64,000 nucleotides of DNA from the human T2T-CHM13v2.0 reference genome, Homo sapiens. Positions 58,130 to 64,000 of the stretch are shown here, piece by piece. The number at the start of each line of letters is the position of its first letter. Positions within the stretch are counted from its first letter, which is position 1. The position numbers and the translations under genes were made by a program. The stretch lies in NCBI RefSeq assembly GCF_009914755.1, contig NC_060933.1, one strand, 5' to 3'. The notes beneath the pieces were generated by a model, which was not told the DNA's origin, did not search any database, and saw only the letters and a list, made by a program, of their open reading frames with translations.

Positions 58130-58340
58130 CACCATATTTATTTTGGTTGTAATTATTGCCTCATAATAATAAAAAATCATATATTGGATCATAAACATTA
58201 AGTATCAATAGGTCTACAATTCTTTTTCTTTAACAATCTTGCAATTTGCCAATAAAGTAACTGAGACCTGGGGAATTTAATAACTTGCCCAATATCAACT
58301 ACCTATAAGTAAAGGCACTGATATTTACATTTAAGCCTGT
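58130..58340 (-). mobile_element. MIR
   Basis: aactgagacctggggaatttaataacttgcccaatatca. Confidence 0.65.
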
Positions 58341-58355
58341 CTTCAAAGATTCTAT

Positions 58356-58397
58356 GTTTTTCTATTTTTTCTATTTTCTATTTTTCTATTTTTTCTA
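58356..58397. repeat. (T4-6CTA)n short tandem repeat
   Basis: Read directly. Confidence 0.85.
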
Positions 58398-60534
58398 ATT
58401 CACCGTGCTGCTTCCTCATAGAGATAAATGTCATACCAAATTATTTTTCTTCTTCTGAGAAGGGAAGGAGGATGAGGCATGAAGGAGGTACGACTCAAAA
58501 ACATGAAGCCATAAGCCCTTATTGTAATAGTAAATGGCAACCAATCTTCCAATGGCCTGCTGATTAATGTCTCAAAATAAAAAATCAGATCTGGTGATAG
58601 CAAATTCTTGGCAACTAACATGAAAAAAGCAAAACACAAAACAATTTGAAGTGGGATTCTATTGTTACTTCTACATGGGAGATTTATACTTTTGTCTCTT
58701 TGTTTTCCCAAAGTGTTAGCTTCAGACAAACCAAAACTCCACTTCAGTTTGACCTGAATGTGTTGGGGGAAGCCTTGTAACTTACTGCCTGATGGGTGAT
58801 GTCATGGTGAGTGGCATGAACATGGATGGAGTCAGTGATCCCAAACTTCCCAAAGCTTGGTTTGTATTTCAAGAATGTAGATGTCTATCCAAAAGGAAAG
58901 ACGCATTCATTGGCAAGTGAGAAAATGTAGGCATTTTAAAAGTCGATATTATTAAATTGTGCAATTGGAGCTACATCAGGGCTTAACAGCTAACCAACTC
59001 TCTACTGTTTGGAACCTGTTTTTGTCTGAATCCCAAGCTGAAAATTCTAATATGTAGACTAGAATAGCATTGTGGAAAAGCCTTAATTGTAAAACTGGAA
59101 TAAAAGAGCTTATATTTTTTAGGAGAATACAAAGATAGTCTTTTAAAAATGTACTTTATAGTTTGACAATTTATGGCAATTTCTGAAAGGGAAATTGGCC
59201 TCAATACTTCATTTCAGGTTTCAGCCTCTAACTATGTGACAGGATAGGGTATCCTCACAATAGGATGCCATTTTCTCCACATCTCACTTGGGGAAAATTC
59301 ATCCACTTATGTTTCCTTCTGGAATCTCTTTTGTCCCTGAAGTCAAATTCATGAATAGCTCAGCTTAATCTCAGTGGACCCAACACTTCTGTTATTGTAG
59401 AATGTTAGTGTGATAGAAATTAATTATGTAATTCATAAGAAATTATTAGCCATTTTATCCTTCTATTACAGGTGAACTGGGGCTACAGCAGGCCTGTAAA
59501 AATTCAGTACTCCCTGAGGCTGATGGGAATGGCTACTGGATGTGGTTCTGCTGTGGTAAACCTTCGTCTGGGTAGATATTGGAACTTGAATAGCCCAATG
59601 TCAATGTATGTGGAGGCAACATGTCCATTAGCATTATTTATAAAATTCCATGACTGCTGACAAATGCTGCCTCCACTGCTGAGGTTCTGAGAGTTTCAGA
59701 ACCCCCTCATGAAATATCAAAAAATAATCACAACATCCGCTAGGGCCCATTGGCAATAGAATTCTAGGTAAGGCCTCTTTAGCAGCTTCTCATCAAGACT
59801 AATAGCAACCCTTGTGCTCTGTAACCATAATGATGTTTGTTCCTGGCACCCTACACTGCCCCTGCCTACCATTTCCCATGACTCCACACTTCTAGTATCA
59901 TGCCCTCTTCAGCTTCCTCTCACACCTGAGATTCTTAGTTGCTCCCACACTCTACTTTCCTTCAGAGTGGATCGTGCATTTGTACCACTGCCCTGCCTGG
60001 CACTCTCTCCACTGATCTTAGGATCACCATTATTTATTTTTTCTTTTAAGCTGCTTGGAAAATATTTCCCTTTAGCTCATTTCACAGGATCTATGAGCTC
60101 TTAATAATGCAGCTGATTTAATTTTGTTACTCAGTTTTTTTCAAATACGATTGTTTCTATGGTGTGGCTCTCACCTGTCAAAGATATATAAGCAGCTGAA
60201 GAGAGGATAGGGAAAGAAGTTTGTTTTAACTTCAAGCATAATTTTACCTGGCTTCTGGCTCAAAGCCCTGCTAAGACCTGGTGAGTCTCATTCTTTACCT
60301 CTCAGTTGCTGCCCCTTCAGGTGCTGTGTTGCCTCCCTGAACTTGACTGACTGCCACTGGCATCCTTTCTCAGTCAGGCTCTCAGTCCTGTCTCCATTTG
60401 ATCTATAATTGTGAGTAGGACTTGGGACTTTCCCTAAGAAGTTTGTTTCTTTGGAAAACTTTAGGAGATATCTAGTTGTCTGATTAAATTTATTTCAGGA
60501 TTCTGTGATAGATTTTTTAAAAAAAAATCTTTAA

Positions 60535-60725
60535 AAGTGTTTTATTTTAGAATAGTTTTAGATTTACTAAAAGTTGCAAAATATAGTACATAATTCTCTT
60601 ACACTTCTCACCCAGTTTCCCCATTGTTAAAATCTCATATTGCTATAGCACATTTTTCACAACTAAGGAACCAGTTTGGTACACTGCTATTAACTAAACT
60701 CAATGCTTTATTCAGATTTTGCTAT
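60535..60725 (-). mobile_element. L1MC/MD-type 3' end
   Basis: gttttagatttactaaaagttgcaaaatatagtaca..cacccagtttcccc. Confidence 0.75.
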
Positions 60726-60736
60726 TTCTATTATTC

Positions 60737-61010
60737 TTTTATTTATTTACTTTTTTGAGACAGGGTCTTGTTCTGACAGGTGAGGTTGGTTCACTGCAAC
60801 CTCTGCCTCCTGGGCTCAAGTGATCCTCCCACCTCAGCTTCCCAAATAGCTGGGACTACAGATGTGTACCACTATACTTGGCTAATTTTTTATAAAGATG
60901 GGGTCTCCCTATTTTTCCCAGTTTGGCCTTGAACTCCTGGGCTCAAGCAATCCTCCTGCCTTGGCTTTCCAAAGTGCTGAGATTACAGGCATGAGCCACC
61001 GGACCCAGAC
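60737..61010 (-). mobile_element. Degenerate AluJ with internal deletions
   Basis: gggctcaagtgatcctcccacctcagc in both arms. Confidence 0.9.
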
Positions 61011-61606
61011 TTTGTGATTACAGGTGATCTGGGAGATATTTTTGACAAGAGCATAAAGGATGTATGGGAGAGTGTTATCCGTTATATGTTAGACTCAGCT
61101 CTGCTCCTTTCAAAACAACCTATGACAATTACTTCTTGGTTGACAATTACATTATTTTTTAGGTGTATCATGATAAAATGACTTGAAAGAGTGACCATCA
61201 AGAGCAAAAATTGTGTTTTCATATAGAAGCTCTTTGCATTTTTGGAACACCAAAATAAGAGGAAAGATTAAGGTAACCCAAGTCTTACATCTTTTGCTGA
61301 AAACTTTGCTGAGAAAAAGTGGGCTTGGGCAACTACTCCTGGTACTCTGCCTCCCCTGGGGCTGTAGAGCAAGGTTTCTGACTTCAGGCAAAACTATAGT
61401 GACTAGGAAAGCAGTAGGAATTTAGGTGAGACTTATAAATAAGAGAGAAGTCAAAAATCATTTTGGAAGCTGGAGAATAACTACTTGAAAATATACAAAG
61501 CTATTAAAATCCCCAAGGAAATTTGGGTTGGTCATTAAAGAAACATTCTTATATATATTCTGTACCTTCTTCAAATAAAAAAATCTGTATAGATGTTCTG
61601 AAGATG

Positions 61607-61607
<1 letters not shown>

Positions 61608-61642
<35 letters not shown>
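61608..61642. repeat. (TG)17 microsatellite
   Basis: Read directly. Confidence 0.95.
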
Positions 61643-61643
<1 letters not shown>

Positions 61644-62794
61644 TGAGTGTGTTTGAGCTGGCAGGATGACATTCATTAAGCAAATAAATATCGAGTACCT
61701 ACTTGTGTACCACTATGTTAATTACTGGGGATACTGAATAAATAAGACTCTGCTCTTGCCTTCAAGAAGGTTATGGCATGGGTGGTGGTGATCTTACACA
61801 TAACCTAGCAGTTTTTCTTAGCTTTCTCTTCCTTCAATTTTTATTCTATGTTATCTGACATGAAAAAATGCATCTAGTTATGGGTAATATGACCATTGTC
61901 ATTAGCTTGTCATTATCTGCTAAAAGAAAATACAAGCATACATTTTTATCTTCACTAACAAATATTGCTTAAGTTTTTGCTCTCTGTTGCACATTTGCCA
62001 GCCATTAGGCAAATAGAAATACTTTAAGGCATACCGTATCCCTTTTCTAGCTTGTCACCAAAGGTATTGTCCTAAATAAGAAAACAGTGATGCAAGGTGG
62101 CCTTAGTTCCAAAGAATGTTACAGATTTAAATTCTTCAGCAGATTAAGAGAGCAGACAATCATTTATACTGGAACTGGCAGGCAAGGTTTTATGGAGGTA
62201 AGCCTCAGACTATGCTGAGAAATAAAGCCCTACATGTGTACAAAATTTTTAAGGATTGAACTAGACCAGCCAAGTTTATAAAATACGCTTTTTCCCTTTT
62301 CTTCAGTGTTGCTCATTTTCTTTCATTTCTTGCCTTCTTTATGTCATGATGACTGCGTTATAGTGAACCATTGTTCATTTCTCATTAGTTGCATTAGGAT
62401 AAGGGTTAAGATGGATTAAGATGGGCACCAGCAGCCATGCCACCCTGAGAGTAATTAAATGTAACACAGCAAGTATAAAAATTATCCTGGTTGCTTCAAG
62501 TCTCTGAGATTTGATTCAGGCCTTGAACTTGCCCTGTACCAATGATTAACTAACTAATCATCTGGATATTGTGCCACAAGATGTCCTTTCAGCCTGATGC
62601 CTAGTTCATGGTGGAAATTTACACTCATGCTCCACTTTTTCTTGGTGTCCCCAAATGTTGTTTTACCTGAAAGATATAATTGGGACAATTTATGTCATAA
62701 TTCTATAATAATATTTCAAGTTTAATTTTCTAATAGCCTTTGTCACATGTATTTTTATTTTTAAAGTATGGATGGCACATGAATTATGCTATAG

Positions 62795-62900
62795 TCATAC
62801 ACACACATACACACATTCATTCATATATATGTATGTATATGTGTGTGTGTGTATATATATACATATATATACACATATATGTGTGTGTATATATATACAT
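62795..62900. repeat. (CA/TA/TG) compound simple repeat
   Basis: Read directly. Confidence 0.9.
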
Positions 62901-63411
62901 TTTATACCCCACAAAGAGGTGAATTCTTTAAAGGAAATGAAAATAAAAATTTCACAGGGTGTAGGGCAGAGCAAATGCTCATCACAGACTCATCTGACAA
63001 GTCTCTTTCAAGGTCCTGTCCGCACATTGAAGATTCACTCTTTGCTCAATTTGCATCCTTGGCCCAATAAATGTTTTATGACCTCCCTCTATGAGCACTC
63101 ACAGCCGGAAGGAGGTAATGCAAAATTGATCTGTATATTAAAACTGCTGAGCCAAGCGGGCTTGCTCCTGGAATTACACTGATTATGTGTATGTGATTCA
63201 ACAGGCCCTACTGAAACACCGTAGTATTTGAAAAAGATACCCATCAGCTGCATTTTTTATATACACAGTTTTCTTCTTTTCCTCCTCCCTTTAACCCTGG
63301 GGGCCAACTCCCATATTCACATCTCTTAACTCCCATTTGGACTCATGAATAAAAATACATGCTTTCAGGAGAAAAGATGCTTCACTATTATGCTCAGCAG
63401 TCTATTATTTC

Positions 63412-63560
63412 TGGAGTACAGTGAGGAGCATGGAACTTGAAGTCAAACACACAGTGGTTAGAATCCCAGCTTCACCATTTATTTGCTACATGGATTTGGG
63501 CAAATTATTATATCTCTCTGGGCCTGATATTACTATTTGAAAGTGCAGATAATGGCGTTC
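63412..63560 (+). mobile_element. MIR
   Basis: gagcatggaacttgaagtcaaacac..gaatcccagcttcaccattta..ttgggcaaatta. Confidence 0.75.
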
Positions 63561-63804
63561 AACTGCCTGACTTGTTACAATGTAACTAGTATGACTAGGT
63601 TTTGACTATCAGTGAATATAAAATAAGACCCATATCCTTTAATACCCATGTTATGATGGTGTGAATTAATACTGCCATGATAGATTCCCCTAAATTGTGC
63701 CCCAATTATTTCTGGAAATGACACTACATTCTCTGTTACATGCATTAAGAACAGACTCATTTAGTTTCTTCATTCTGTTCTCTTTGGACAATCTCCCAAA
63801 ATGT

Positions 63805-64000
63805 TTCAGTTGCAACTATTTTTATAGAGTGCCTAATTTGTGCCAATATCTTTTCTAGCATGTGGGTTGTGTAATAAATAGGATAGATGAGGTCCCTGTT
63901 TTCATCAAGCTTATAGATGGTGGCAGGTGGGAGTGTGATAGTTGAGTAAGATAGATAAATAATTATGTAGAAGGACAAATACTCTGAAGAAAATAAAACA
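63805..64000 (-). mobile_element. L2 3' fragment, truncated by the window end
   Basis: ttatagagtgccta..tgtgcca; ggtccctgttttcatcaagcttataga. Confidence 0.6.

Overview
AT-rich, CpG-depleted primate (human-like) genomic DNA made mostly of interspersed repeats. It holds 8 Alus (J, S, Y, one with AluYe5-type diagnostics), L1 pieces of many ages, L2/MIR relics, DNA-transposon fossils (MER5, MER20, MER47A x2, MER44A, MER8, MER58) and LTR elements (MER11, MLT1C, MLT1A, THE1D solo LTRs; LTR16/LTR33-like; a two-LTR THE1C inside a MER39 LTR). I found no recognisable cellular coding exon, RNA gene or CpG island. The longer ORFs are L1 ORF2 remnants or Alu/microsatellite artefacts. Most L1/LTR copies lie on the minus strand, which fits a large intron of a plus-strand gene, but I cannot name the locus. 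I cannot support a new biological system here. The best leads are: a decayed, unassigned ~210-codon minus-strand frame at 6.5-7.2 kb; three, possibly four, twin-primed L1s, one with a very short 3' arm; a four-level nest (MIR>MER47A>MER44A>Alu); a nested palindrome at 2.3 kb; a CTCF+AP-1 site; a MEIS/PBX motif cluster; and a few candidate plus-strand exons. Repeat names come from recalled consensus sequences. Coordinates of old repeats are approximate.
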